DNA of 63,566 nt, counting the filler, from Platydemus manokwari (taxonomy: Eukaryota), in assembly GCA_037951405.1 (NCBI GenBank). It is 5 parts of 5 records of this genome, joined end to end, with 100 filler letters (N's around TTAATTAATTAA, not from the genome) between each part and the next. Parts side by side here need not be neighbours in the genome. Positions count along the whole stretch, not along the records: positions 41,542 to 54,540 come from JBBMOY011883610.1; positions 54,641 to 63,566 come from JBBMOY011328317.1; 3 more parts are not named here. One strand, 5' to 3'. Under the pieces are notes generated by a model, which had not been told where the DNA came from, did no database searches, and saw nothing but the letters and a program-made list of their open reading frames with translations. This document shows, one piece after another, positions 41,542 to 56,432 of this stretch (its first letter is position 1; each line of letters opens with the position of its first letter). The position numbers and the translations under genes are program-made.

Positions 41542-44502
41542 TGTATAGAACCGAAAGAGATTTTAGATATTTACTACGGTAGTGAGAAGATAAAAAAAAG
41601 GGTTGAAGAGAAGAGTGAATTAAAATCAAAGAGATATCATCTGTTAAAGAAAAGTAGATCGTGTTAAAATTTAGGTCTTTGATAAAAATATAACACAGAG
41701 GTTCTCAATATAAATATCTAAAAGTAGTTAATATTTTAAATTATATTGTTAGGGATTATATATAATTGGATTGTAAATACAATTATAGTATAAAATATAA
41801 AATTATAAAAAAGAAATATAAAATTTTCAAATTTTGACAAATATAGTGAAAATATTCATTAGGCAAATGGGGCAAAATTCTTCTGTATCGAACCTTTTGT
41901 AAATACATTAAGCAAGTTGTTTAAATGAAAACAAACAAAGTCAATCAACATGTGTACATAAAGAAAATAAGCAAGTTGTTTAAGTAAAAATAAACAAGAC
42001 AGCCAATAAAGATAATTGAGCTACGCAAACATAAAGACATTTGAATTTAGCAAAGTAAAGACAAACAAAATAAAGAAAAAGCAAAGCTTACTCTTGAAAA
42101 ATATAAAGACATTAAGAAAAAAAATTAAACAAATATGTAAACAAAGCTACACTTTGTCCCAGATAAGTGCTTTGTCTAAAACCAGTATAATACCAAATTC
42201 AGTAGAATTGCCTTACAGCGCTACAGTTAATCAATCACACGAGTAATTTGAAGCGACTTGCAACGAAAAAATTATCATGAGTAATTCATTCTTGTTAATT
42301 AACCATCCCATAGTTATCCGCAATCCCTTCACGGCCTTGTCAGTTACTATAACTCTTCTCTGTCGAAACTTTTACCGTGTCTGAGTCTGTGTCCGGGCTA
42401 TTAAGCGGCACTGACAATACCCATTATCTTTAGGGATAGGTATCCAACCTGCTCTTCTAGAAACTCTTGTAAATTACTATTTTCAGCTCATTGCTGATCG
42501 TGTATTTTCAACAAGTTATTCAGCTTGTATATCTGTTATGTAACTCAATAAACATTAGGATATACGTTGTGTTTTTGTTTAATTCTGTTATTGTCATACG
42601 TGCTATATAAGTGCAAGTATCCGCAATCCTTTGGAGTCACATTGCTTAAAACCGCTCAATCCTTGAGATACGAAATCTCCACAATATTCTTAAATTTATT
42701 GAATTTTGAGGCTTTTACTTACTAAATAAGACAAGTGCTTCATTCGTATCAAATTCTTAATTGTTTCAATTGAATTTCACTGCATAATGGACAAGAGATA
42801 ACCATGCGCAAGTCTGTATGGATTGCTTCATAAGCGGGACGTAATCATATTGAATAACTAATAATAACAAACGTATTCATTCTATCTCTAGCTAGCTTTA
42901 TGTTAATAAACAATGTCAGTCTTAGGTATTATACTATTACTATACAGTTTTCAAAATATAGGCGGTCAACTACTCTTCATACCGACATCAGTTGCCGTAA
43001 CGTATGACATAACAAAAATTAATATCAAATTTTATAAATTTATTCCACGAACAAAATGAAAATAATAAAGATAAATTATTATTAAAATTTTTAAATGGAA
43101 TTTTTCTGTTAGGTCATTAAGATTTGACTTTTTCAGACTTTTCATTACTTCACTGATAGCTTTAATAGATAATGTATGAGGAGAATAAACAATAACTAAC
43201 AACTATAAATTGTTAATAAATGCCGTGACTTTGGAAAATTGATTATCGAGAAATTAAGGGTTAAATAAAACAGAACACTGAATAACTCGAAACAAATCGA
43301 CCATTATAAAACTAAATAATCGTGTCATTAAATGAAAAGCTTTACATGCCAGTAAAGAATGTTGTACGAAAAAAGCAGTAAAATTAAAAGAAATCGATTG
43401 CGCAAAATTTGGTCAAAATAAATAAAAACACAATCAAATAAATGATATCAGTCACTTCTGAAAATGTTTAAGTAGGTATATCGAAGTATCACTCCGGCTC
43501 ACATTTATTTTTTAAAAGTGTTCCTGTGTGATACAAGTTTCCTAAAGATGAATAAAGATTTGCACAAATCGCGAAGTATTAATCTTATAAATCTGGAACT
43601 ATCATTGATTCACAGCGTCGATTAGACAACATTTACAAATATCCTAGAAAGTGAGGAAGACTTATATATAATTGAGTTAGAAACAAAATATAAATTGTAG
43701 TTAATCTTCGCTTAGGTAACCTTCATTGAATTACAAAATAGACAGTTCCTGAGAATTTCCCGCCAAATGTCTAACTCGAGGTAGTATAAATAAGTACACA
43801 TAATAATAACAAATAACTTTTAAAAATAAATAATAGACAAATAAATAAATATAAATCATTAATTTATCATCTAGCAGTTTAAGTAGAGTAAGGTTCATGA
43901 TTATTTTTCGCTAAAACATTAGTGAGGGTTCTAGGAGTACCGATCTTGACAAGCACCGAAAAGTTCTTAAGCAAGAGATTGTATAAGCCAAACCATAACA
44001 TATATTTTACATTATTGAGGACTTTGTAGAAGATACTTGTTAGATTAATAACTGCTTCCCTTTCGGGTAATTTTATGATGAGATTAAAACAATAATGAAT
44101 ATTTAAATAAATATATTATAATTTTATTTCGAAAACGTTAACGTGGGTGTTCATGAAAATATATCAACGTCGTTGTGGCTGGAAACAAAATATACAAACA
44201 AAAAAAAATACAAAACAAGATCAAAACGAAAAATCAACAACAAAATAACACAAATCATCGAAACACAAGAACAAAACGATTAAATATTAGATTTATTGAA
44301 TGATTTACAAAATAAATATGGCAACAGAAATGGATCTATCGTTATTAAATACAAATATGTGTGAATTTAATAATCTTAAAATTGATGTTCTCTCTATTGA
44401 CCACAGATAACTTAAAAATCTAGAATAAATATTCAAACATAAATTAATGCTGTATATTCTGTTATTTTTGTGTTTATTCTTTTAATATTCAGTTTTTTTT
44501 CG

Positions 44503-47500
44503 TTATTCGTATGATAGATTTCGTTTCCAAATCTTCACTTTACAGTCGCTGAAATTGAATTCAAATCGATAAATAAATGTGAAATAATAACAATAATAAT
44601 AATATTAATAGAAAAATAATTATGAGACATGCGTCCAATGAAAATCATATGATTCTGCTGTAAAATTTTATTCGTCCAATATTATAAAGATAAAGGAAAA
44701 ATCGATAAGAATAAACTTTATCGACAATAACAATATTATCGAAATAGTAATTGGCACAACATGTGATTTTAAACAGATTTTTATCGTAGTTATAAATATT
44801 TGCATTACCTTTTGGTCGTCATTGATCATTGAAATTGACCGAATTTTAGAAAAGTTCAAGAAAATGTTCGAATAAATTAAATGATATAATATTTATTAAA
44901 GCTGGCAAACACAATAATTGGTCAGTGGGAAATTTGCTTTATAGAATATTAGCGCCAATCCAATTATCAAAATATTGGAGGAAATCTATTAGATAACAAG
45001 TGATACCATATCACAAGATTCATTAACAATATATTGATCGTCTAAATACGGTGGGTATTGCAAGGGGAACATTAAACCAAATAAAATTCGGGTGAGGATG
45101 GTACATTAAATACCTGGCCACAGATAGTTGTTACCGTTATAATTATTATTTGGCCATCTAAATCAAAATGAGATACAAATAATTGGAATAACGGAAATTA
45201 TTTCGAGTTGAAAGATATTGGATCAATATCAGGATGCATAAAATCAATAGGAAAATGAATTTACCTAGAAGCGGAGAATATCCGATCGGACGAAGATTTT
45301 AAAGCTGTAATGCCGCACTCATGAGCTTGGACATCACCAATGTAAGCACAGTCTTCCGTGCTCCACAGTTTGATCACTCCAGATCGACAGCCACTAAGAA
45401 AGTGAACACTGTCTGAAGAGAAGCATAAGGCTTGAATCCAATCTCGATGTGCTTGGCTAAATGACGCAATAGGCTGAGCAGTTGACAAATCCCATTTCTT
45501 GATACATGCATCTCGAGATCCAGAAAGTAAAGTCTGATTATTTAAAGCTAAAGATTCCACACCATCATAATGTGGAGGTTGCAGTTCCACGACAGGAGTT
45601 ATCAAACCAACAGAGCCCGGTGAAACATCAAAAACTTTGATGTAATGATCCTGGAAACTCGATTGAAAAACAACATCAGGGAAACATTATTCTTGCCTTG
45701 GATCCAGTTACCAAAGTAGAGGAACATCGGTCTTTATCGGAAGCAGCTAGAACCATGACAGGAGCTTGATGGTTGCCATGCAACTTGCCAACGGCACAGA
45801 ATCGTCTCATATCCCACAACTTAACAGAATTAGCAGTTGCTAAAAACATGGTCACTCCGCCATTACTGAATGCGATATCCATTATGTAATTCTCTCCAGG
45901 TGGACATATGGTTTGGCGACTGTTTTGAGAAAATTCTGGAGGCCCTTCTTGACTCAAACCACTCGACCTGTTAGTTTATTATTGTATCAACAACATACAT
46001 TTATCTATTATTTTATCACCATAATGTTCTGATACACTTCCTACTATCCCTAATGTCCCACATTTTAATATAAAATGTACTGACGGTATACGCCAAGTTG
46101 GTAGCACTGGAGAATCGGACTTTAGTCACACTATTTTGATGCTCATTCAATGAATCAATCTCCGCCAATTTTGTCAAATCCCATATTTTTGCACATCTAT
46201 CTGTACATGTTAATAAAAATCGATATCCAATATTCGTCGTTTACCTTTACTACCGGTCAGTAATATGTTATCAGAGACATCCATATCTAATATAGCTTTA
46301 TGGTGACCTTCTGCAATGTAGAGACATTGCAAAGGCACGTGTGTAGCAAGAGGATTCTTTTTGGAAACCTGTGAAATTGCTCCTCTAGGAATAAAAGGAT
46401 ATTGAAAAAAATCCTATGACAAATCACTACTTTGTTGGGTTTGGCATAGATCGACTTGTTGTTAATCTTTTAAAGACATTATCGGGATTTTGAGATTTCT
46501 GACTAATAACTCTTCGCAGATTTGATGGACTAGCTGGAGGAGTTTCGGCAGTACTAAACCTAAAATTCCAATTGAAATAAAGTAATTATCGACAATGATC
46601 AAGAAAAAGAACGAAAATAATCCCAAAATTACAATTAATACTTATCAAAAATTCAATATTAATTCTAAATATTCTGTTTCAGAATGAATGAAAAAAGCCG
46701 ATAATTCTTTTGAACAAATAATATCTCCTTGACAACCGACACAAAATTTGATCATAAATCCAGTATCGTAATATTTTAATTGAGGGAAATTAAAAATTAA
46801 TTAAATTGAATTTTTAAAGACTAATGAAATTTAAGTTTTATTGGAGTCACAACAACTTGGAAAATATTGATTTATATATATATATATTACGTATATCAAA
46901 AGTGAAAACCGTTCGGTTGCAAATAAAAATGCTAACAATTGGTGTGCAAATAATTAAATAGTCACATTATCAAAGACAATTGAAACCAAATGATCAAAAT
47001 TATTATATCAAAATAAAGAAACCATTGTTGTGGAGTCAGTTACAACATTAATGTGAATGTTGTTTTATTGGTAGAATAAGAAAAAACCCGGAGAGATGGA
47101 TTTGAAATAAATAGATCTAAAATCTGAATTTCATTTAAAAATTCATGGTCACTTTAATTTCAAATATTGTTAAGATTGATAATGTGTTATTTTTTGAGAC
47201 TTATACTCGATCTATTTTATTGAAATATTCATTTTTCAGTTTCAAAGAAGAGATGTAATGTGCTTATTGAGCAATTCAGATTTGAGACAAATGAAACTTT
47301 TATAAACACGAATATCTTGGATCGAGTATTCAGTAAAACTGATTCTTTTTTGATTCATCAAGATTATCTTTGGATAATCAACGAATATGCGCATTTAAGA
47401 TTTTTATTCATATAAAAACTCTTATCTGGTTGTCGTTCGTTATCGTATTGTTATAATTTATTGTAGTTATTAATTCTTCTTGTCAATATCACATCAAGTG

Positions 47501-50500
47501 GTAAGAAAAAGCATACAAAGAGATTTGCAAATTATCGATTAATGTACTTGCATTATCAATGAATAAAATGTTTGAGGGATGCATTTTTTAAGGATTAACA
47601 TAAAACTCTTAACAATAAATAAACCGGATCGACATTAAGTGAATAGTCCAAAATCAAATAATTCTACTTAAATTGAGATGAATAAACATCGAGATATATA
47701 AAATGTTTAAGAATAGAGCCTTGAATCTATGGATTTAGAAAAGGGATAAAGATACTCGAGACAAAAAATATAGACCGGTAAATTTTCAGTTTATTCATAT
47801 TAATAAATAATTGGAATCATTAATATTATTACTATTATTGCGAGGATTATAGTCTTCTTGCGACACAATAATGCTTTCAAAGGATACAATTACATTAAAA
47901 CTATAAATGACCAATATTTGTTTGTAGAAATTGGTCTTCATTCTTAAATTCATTTTCGACTCGTAACACAACCATACTCTTGAATTCGATTATGAGAAGA
48001 TTAATCCCAGAAAAGTATAGAATTTCAACAAGAACCCATCGAATACAGAAATAAAAGGCTTATAGAGTTTGATACGAATTCCAGTGAATGGGTTTGGCCA
48101 AGAATTTAAGCTGCAATATCCATTTTGATCGAGATAGTTTGAGTAAAAATAGTCATATTATTATTCAAAATATGAAGAAGTTATGTAATGACGGTAAAAG
48201 AAATTAACTAGATGGTGTGGAAATGTTATGAACATAAAGAATATTTAGAATAAAGAAGTAGAGAATTATAAATGGAAAATTTGATATGAAGAATATAGAA
48301 TTCTTTAACAAGAATTGTGAAAAAAAGTCAAAATCTGTTCCATCGGATATATCTTCATTTTTTATCATGATATAAAAATTCCCACATTTTTATATTATAT
48401 CTTTTTTGACAAATATTTCAATTATATTTAAATAATTTCAATACAGAGAGTTTAACAGTTTTATTTAGCAAGATCCTTTTATAAATATTAATATGGTATA
48501 TTTAATTTTTAAAATATTTTTTCACTCAATTTTTAATAATTTTTTATTATTTATCATATTATTAAAAAAACCTCACAATAATCATTGCTGATAAATTATT
48601 ATCATTGAATTGATAACTATTAGAAATATACAAGAAATCATGGTTCACAGTTTTACTGTGTGCTTATTTATTCCTGCTAACCAGAGGTCCATTATATATA
48701 ATAATTAAATAAAATAGCAGCAGAAATATCAGTACAATTTCCTCATTCCAGAATTCTGTTAAATATCCATATCAAACAGCCGTTTAATAAACATTCACAA
48801 ATGATATTTAAAATACTTGGAGGTTTTTAATGAATGATTTATGGCAAAGAAAAGCGGATCTACCATCATAGTCCCGGAAAAGTTCCTAAATTGGGATTGT
48901 TATTTATGTAGCTTTTTCCTGAAATCACGGAAGGCAAAACACTAAGACAACAATTCACATACAAACGTAACAATGTTTGTTCCTTAACAATTCACACATA
49001 AATCAATTAATTATCAAATAATAAATGGATTAAAAATTTACGGTTGAACTTCATCCGTGGTGCTATTTCTAGACACAATCAAGCTTGTAGTCATAGATCC
49101 CCCAGGATGTTTCCATGTTAGCTGACGTCTCGCTATAGATTTGGTTGGAGCGAAATTATTTGAAGTGAATTTTGATTTATTTTCATCATTGGGTGAAGGC
49201 TCTTTCCACATTTCCAAATTATTTGCTAACAGACCTTTCGATGTTTCTGTTGGTGTTTGGGCAGAATGAATGTTTCTTTTCGCAGAGGGCATCAAGGAAG
49301 AATTGTTGTTGTTTTCAAAATTGAAAACCATCATCGACTTATCGGGAGGTGTTTTGATTAAACCAAGAAGCTCTTCAGGAGTAGCTGGTTTACGCTTGCT
49401 CTAGAAAATATTTTCATTGCGAATCGTAAAAGAAAAAATCGTTACGACAGGCTTTTTGAAATCGGAACTCTGAAATTGGTCCGTACATGAGCTCCTGAAT
49501 ACAAGAAATAAGTACATTTATTTGATGATATTCCTCCATTGGATAATAATAAAATAAAAAATCACTTTACCTTGATGGATTGCTGCCATTTGGGATATCT
49601 AAATCAAAAGAAAAATTTTAAAATAAAAGAAAAATAGTGATAATAATTATTAAAAAAGTTAAATCGAAAATACTTGTAGCGTAAAGAGAAAACTAAAGCG
49701 CACTAAATTCAAACATGCGAATTCTTGTAAAACTAATAACACAATGATTTCCTCGGAGCATCAAAAAAGTTATTTGCCTATAATTTTAATCATTTAGTTA
49801 CTGAAATGGATATTGATTTTCTCACAAATTTACAGATTCTCTTGATATTTATAAGAGTAGAAAACTTTTTAGAGTAAACATTAAGCTGATCATATCGATT
49901 ACACTGTATATTAATAATTTTTTATAGATGCCATTAGCAGAGGAAAGGTTAATTGGATTTATTACTTGACATGGTGCAAATGACTAATATATCCTTAAGC
50001 TAATAGCTTATCCTTATTAATGTTGTCTTTATAATTCAAGTCCAAGTTGATACCCTATTCCGTAGATATCTTTAAAACCAAGTTTCCTTAAAAATGCAAA
50101 AGCATAAAAAATAAATAAAGAAAAAGCTTTAATTCTGCAGACTTATATGTTTGACTACAAAGCATGAAAATTCAAAGAAATTTTTCAGCTCCATGCTTTC
50201 TTCAATAAGCTGCCTTAATATTTGTATTGATTTTCTATTATTCATTTTGTAATTAATTGATTAATACCAAATTTTAATAAAAATCTTTGAAAAGATAATG
50301 TATCATATATTGTACTTTATTCACATTTGATGAAAAATCAATAAACATTATTGATATAATTAATTTTATAAAAAATTTAAAAAGCAAGTTTATAGTTAAA
50401 ATTGATATTTTATGTACATTTTATAAGATTATTTAATATTCCATTTCATTAATTTTCTGTTATTTTGTGCCTTTCTCGGAAAATAACCCGTGTTCGGAGT

Positions 50501-53500
50501 TCAAGTAATCCAAAATAGTGAAATATTGTCAAAAAAACACATTTTTTTGCTTCAAAAAACATGTAAATCTATCAAAAAATCACCAATCTGTAGAATATTC
50601 AAATTTAGAGTTCTGTTAGAAAACATATTTTAAAATAAGCATTGTTCTATAAATTCTCAAAATATTTCTTCTATTATTAATGGCTCATCATATACACTGT
50701 AATTTGGGAATCATCTTCTCTGAAGTGATAGATAATATTAGATTACATTAAAGTGGTGAAATAATTATACACAGAGATAAATTACACCGACAAAAATACT
50801 TTTATTCTTTCATAACCAAACTTAATAACGATTTCATGACATTTATTGAACGAAATACATTCTAATTATGATAAGAAATAACAATCAAGCCAGTGCAAAT
50901 GAGTAAAAATTGCGTTGAATGTTATTTTATTGGTGATTTTGAATATGAGAACACGCTTATTTGAAAACATTTGTGAACTTCGATAAAATTAAATAACATT
51001 ATCGATTTAATTTATCATTTCAATCCAAAAAGACAAGCCATTTAACAACAGGATTGAAATATTTTAAATCAAAAATAACTCATGTAGATTTTTTTTAAAT
51101 AATGAGGTAATCATTTAATGACAGGCGGACTATTTGAAATTCAATTCTAAAGTTTGAACAGTTTGGAAAGTAGATAAAAACGTGTAAATAATATAAAATA
51201 TGAAGGATATATTGATTATCAAAGTCTGGTTATTATTGTCATAAGAGAATGATGAATCCATAATCAAAATTGTAATTTATGTACACTTGTAATCCTTCAA
51301 AAATAGTAAGAAAAATATGGAATTGTGCTGGAAAAATAGGGAAAAAATAGAAAAGGTAATCGAGAGTTCAAAAGTAGAGATCAAAGATGCTATTAAATAA
51401 TGACAAGAAATTATTTAACATGTGGCCTGTGCGGATTTTAAATTTAAAATAATAAAAATTATATTTGAAAGATTTTAAAATCAGATTTTTATAAAAATAT
51501 AATTTTTTTAAATAATTGTCATTAAAAATATAATTTCGTGTTGTGAGCTCTCATTTCGTTTTCACGGCGTACTTTATTAAATAGTAGAGGCTTATACTGT
51601 GCAAACTGTAACATCATAGATCTGTCCCTTTCAATCTTTTTAAACCCATCGTGTTTTATTATAACATAATATCGTGACAATTAAAACAATTAAAATTTTA
51701 TACTATAAAACAAACCAAATTATGATAAAATTACAAATAAAATTCAGATATTTATACAAATATCGTTGTTTCCTTATGACCAGTAAACCTCCCTTAAATA
51801 GTTGAGTGGTCAATATGAGCCATGCATTACTTATTTCGTTGCATTTATTTGTATCACATAACTGCTAACATTAAATCGTTCATTTAAACACACGCAGGAC
51901 AACTAATGGATAAATAATCTATATGGACCCGTACATACACAATTTAGAGAGATATTTATTCAAAAATCATATAATTACCTGAATCAAAAGGCATATCATC
52001 ACAATCATCATCATCTTCTGATTCATTGGCGAAAATACCATCCATATCAAAAGGCACAGTTGAATATTGCAGAGCAATGCGAAGCATATCTAAAGTTTGT
52101 TCCCTCTCAAGACATTTGGTTTCCAACTGGAACTTTAAAGTGCTTTCTTGCATTTCAAGTCCTTGGGCGAGTATACCCTTATTGATAGCCATCTGATAAA
52201 CCTGCTCCAGTAAATATTGAGCCTCATCGAGAGAACAATTCCCAATAATATCTGACACTGATTCTTCCAATTGCGATTCTTCGACTTCCAAAATATTCGA
52301 TTGGCATTCACTAATTTCCTCTTGAACACTCTCAATTTGAGATTTTATATTTTTCATTTCATAGACAAGATCATCGGTATTCTGATCGATAGACATTCAT
52401 TCATTCAACTGTAGACAATATTTAAAATTTTCTCACTTTGTTATCTTTGGCATATTCTGCTCGACGATTTTCCAATTTTTGATACTTTATACCCAATTTC
52501 TCTCTCTCCTTAACTCGTGTATTCATGTCTTGCTCAAAACTGTTTATTGTCTGACGTCTGATTATGGTTTTCTTCAGAGCGTTTTCAATAGAGTTTAATT
52601 TAGACTTTGTTAATTTTGCCAGTAAAGAATGACGTCGAACATGCGGTTTCGGTATCGAATTCGATGCTTTTTTCGCCGTTGTTTTGCTTGAAACAGAGGA
52701 ATTTTGAATTGGTGGAATGGAAATTTGCCTAGATCGATTAACCGTTCCATATTGATTTTGACGCCGACGAAGAGCTTCAACCTGAGTTTTTAAAATGAAT
52801 AATATGAATTTGAATATCATATATATATGTGGAAATAGTTCACGTTGCATCTGAGTAAAAAAGTAATAAGCAACCTTATATAAAGTATATAAGGTTACCT
52901 TGTAAACTATATAATCTATTAAGAGTCATAAATAAGTAGGGGTCAAGAGCTTGAATCAAAACAATAGTCGACCAAATTCAATAAAACTAATTGTGGCGAA
53001 GTTATCATTATAAACTTTGTCGTTGACATGGCTCCTTCAATGAAGACTATCAATAAAGGATAGTGGAATTGAAGTTAAAGAAATTTTAAGTTTTATGATT
53101 GTGACATTTTTAAATTTATTTATCGAAAGTGGAGTTACACTTGTTCTGCTAGAACTAAATACATTCTTATCATATTAGTGATTATCGGTATTTACAATAT
53201 GATGTCTTTAGAGACCAATATATAAGTTGACTACCTACTAGCAATTGTAATGATTCCAACAAAATCATAAAAATTCATTTGTTAAATTTTAATATTAAAA
53301 AATCTCCCATCGTATGATATGATAAAATCACATAAAAATAAAAAATCAATACCCCAGCTCTATTTTCCTATACTAACCGACCATAACAATTAAAAAGGAA
53401 ATTTACCGTCAACACTGCTTGATTTTTGTATTTAAATAATCATATTAATAAAATAAAATCTCACTTCTTCTTGTTTTCTTTTCAAAATTTGATTTTTCCG

Positions 53501-53764
53501 TGTCTTTTCCTGTTCCAATGTTCGAATTTGATTATCAGCAATTCTTTTCTCCTTGCGCAATTGGACAATTTCCTTATTACGAGTGGTTTCTACGACTCTA
53601 GTTCGTCGGGTTTCTTCACGGAGTTTTTTGGATAATTGGACTTTCATTCCTTTAAGATCGTTCAATTCCTTTTGCAATAACCGTAGCTCATGATCCTTGC
53701 GTTGTTGATTTTTGAGCATTATAGTGTGTTCTCGTTTGGCCGTTTGTAATTGATTGAGTTCAGA
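44503..53764 (-). CDS. KIF21: KIF21-type kinesin-4: coiled-coil stalk and C-terminal WD40 propeller; motor exons not in this contig
   Basis: Exon 53465-53764 (LQTAKREHTIMLKNQ...RNKEIVQLRKEKR...ILKRKQEE|VEALRRR) matches the KIF21 stalk. WD40 exons include PLQCLYIAEGHHKAIL, LTGSK, VTGSK|DHYIKVFD, LQPPHYDGVESL and LSGSRDACIKKWDL. Last exon 44503-44548 reads SDCKVKIWKRNLSYE*. Confidence 0.92.
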
Positions 53765-54540
53765 CTAAATTAATTTATAAGAATATCAATAACAAGACGA
53801 TACCCATGGTAAAATGATACTGAATCTCACTAAATTATAGTAATGGATATTTTATAAATCAGTAATAAATGAATAAAGTTTCAATTATATCCAGAGGTTT
53901 CATCGAAACAGGGAATCACTATAAATACTATAATGAATGGCAGAAAAATAGAACAAACACGCTGCGATCTATATAGGTACAATTAGTTATTTGATTGTAG
54001 ATAATGCCTGATCAATGAAAGAACAGAGAAAAATATTTCCAATTATTATATTTTTAATCGTGTATAATTTCATTGGATTTGAAAAGAATTTCAGAATTTA
54101 GATTTCCAGCACAAAAATGAGAATTTAATTCCGGGTAAAACTAAATCATTAAATTTTCATATGTTAATTACTGTAATTAATGCTTCATAACAATGGGAAA
54201 TGTGTGTGTGTTGTTGCTTATGTTTAATCTTTATAATCAGAAAATATGAGACATTTTTTCAACAAAGACAATAAACGGATGTTAAATAAAAATGAGAAAT
54301 TCTTTCTTTATTTTAAATAGTATTATCTTTGATAAAAAATATTGAAAATAAAGGGATAATAATTACTATTTGTAATTAAATGATTTTATCGATGTATAAT
54401 ATTAGCAATTAATAATATAATCAATATATAATATTATCGATAAATGATATTATTATATAATAAGATAATCAATAAATAATATAATCAATGTATGATATTA
54501 TCAATAATATTATTTAATAATATTATCATTTAATAATATT

Positions 54541-54640
54541 NNNNNNNNNNNNNNNNNNNNNNNNNNNNNNNNNNNNNNNNNNNNTTAATTAATTAANNNN
54601 NNNNNNNNNNNNNNNNNNNNNNNNNNNNNNNNNNNNNNNN
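54541..54640. other. Artificial contig spacer
   Basis: 44N-TTAATTAATTAA-44N. Confidence 0.97.
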
Positions 54641-54699
54641 TGTGATTACAATTATACAACAAATGCTACTTTTATACGATTATGGCCTATAAATTACTA

Positions 54700-54850
54700 C
54701 TTTTAATATGCAATTATTACAATGAATACAATATACAATGGATTTTAACACTACTTATATACACTCAAACGCTGAACTAATTCGATGTACAAATTCAATG
54801 GAAGCATGTGTTGGACAAAACAATTACCCTTAGTGCTATTGGGTCAGTGT
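54700..54850 (+). mobile_element. Possible highly decayed Gypsy integrase fragment
   Basis: WTKQLPLVLLG at ~54811-54843 resembles the post-catalytic W...LP.VLLG motif; the flanks are frameshifted. Confidence 0.35.
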
Positions 54851-54890
54851 AGGAAGAATATGCGAGATAAATAAGGATATATGGATTTTA

Positions 54891-54936
54891 CAGTAACTAT
54901 TCGTAACTATATCGTAACTATACAGTAACTATATCG
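54891..54936. repeat. Short ~10-11-bp tandem repeat (GTAACTAT core)
   Basis: Four copies: cagtaactat, tcgtaactata, tcgtaactata, cagtaactata. Confidence 0.8.
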
Positions 54937-56432
54937 TCTTCGGATATATAGTATTATTAAATACTCTTCCTATAAAATTACAGGTCATAAATTGAAACAA
55001 CGGCTGCAGAGAGATTGACGGCTTGACGGCACAAATTTATCTTCTTAATGACGAATCTTCTCAACACACTATTCTAGTGGTTTCAGGGTATTAAAGAGCT
55101 TTCTTTGTAACAGGCGGGTTTTGAAAGTTCGAAGGCATGTGATTTTTCTACTGCCTTATATATGTTTTGGTGATCAATGGGATTTTATTCGGGCTGAATA
55201 AAAAAATGCGGGTGGCTTTTATTCTTTATTGTGACGAATTCTCACAATTCAAAAGAATTATCTCTCTGCCTTGCTTGCCGTGCGGGGATTTTTATTATTG
55301 GGTATTATTTTAATATGCGGGTAATTTTCGGAAAAATAGGGGTTTTAAAAGTTAGATTTTTTATTCGTTAAGCAGAAAATGAAAATTATTAACTTATTTT
55401 CATTTTAATTATTTCTATTTCATCAATTTATTCTAAATTTTAACCAGAAATTAAACTAAATTTTTTATCCTAAATTATTATCATATTAAAATATGATAAA
55501 AGAATTAACTACAATTATTATCATTAGCCGAAATACTTAATATTTTAATTAATGATAAAGATTTTTTAACTATTTCCTATTTCAATTCTAACTAAATATT
55601 GTTATTATTAACACTATTATTTAACGACTAAGAACTCCGAATTACTTTGTTAAGGGTTTAAAATTCATTAACTATTCTGCTTAAGAAATAAACGACAAGA
55701 TAAAAAATAAGATTAGATTTGCACATCGGAATTATTTTTACAAAAATAATAAAAAATACTACTACTATACACCAATATCATAAGTATGCAATAAATGTTC
55801 ATTGTCATTTTCTCGGAACCGCAACATTTATAACCAAAATTTGAAAGGCATCTATGTAAGACTTCCAATAAATTTTATAAGTAATTGATCGGGCTTTCAT
55901 TGTCAATTTTTATATTTACCTTCAGTTTTTCATCTAGGATTGTCACAGCTCAACTTTGAATAGTAAAGAAGAACAAATCAAGAAGTCATTAAATTTTATA
56001 TATCAATAAATTTTTTATCGTTTTATAAAAGTCAATTTAGTTTTTAAATTATAAATTGACTTAATAAACTCTTCACACGTTTTTATAAAACAATTTAGAG
56101 TAACTCTCAATTTAATTCTAATGTTGATGGAGTTCACGTGAATTTTCAATATAACCTATGACTCAAAAATTAAAATTGTCTTTAAAGAATATAATTAAGT
56201 AAACTTTATAGATTATTGCAATACATTCAACAAATGAAAATTTATTTTAGGACACCGTTTCTTAACTTTAACTCGATATTTTTAATATTTTACAAATATA
56301 AACTTTATTTTTTCTGATTTTTTTAAAGAAAATTTTTATGATTTTTTATTATTATATTTAATAATGGGTTTTTATAGAAATTTAAAACAAATCAAAACGT
56401 GCCTTCAGATTACTTTATATATAAAACATATA

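Noticed and set aside
47495-47590. hAT dimerisation-domain-like fragment (YKEICKLSINVLALS)
   Set aside because: Too short and degenerate to support without a search.
52872-52896. Perfect 11-bp hairpin AACCTTATATA-AAG-TATATAAGGTT in a KIF21 intron
   Set aside because: Short and AT-rich; plausible by chance or as a transposon footprint, with no supporting context.
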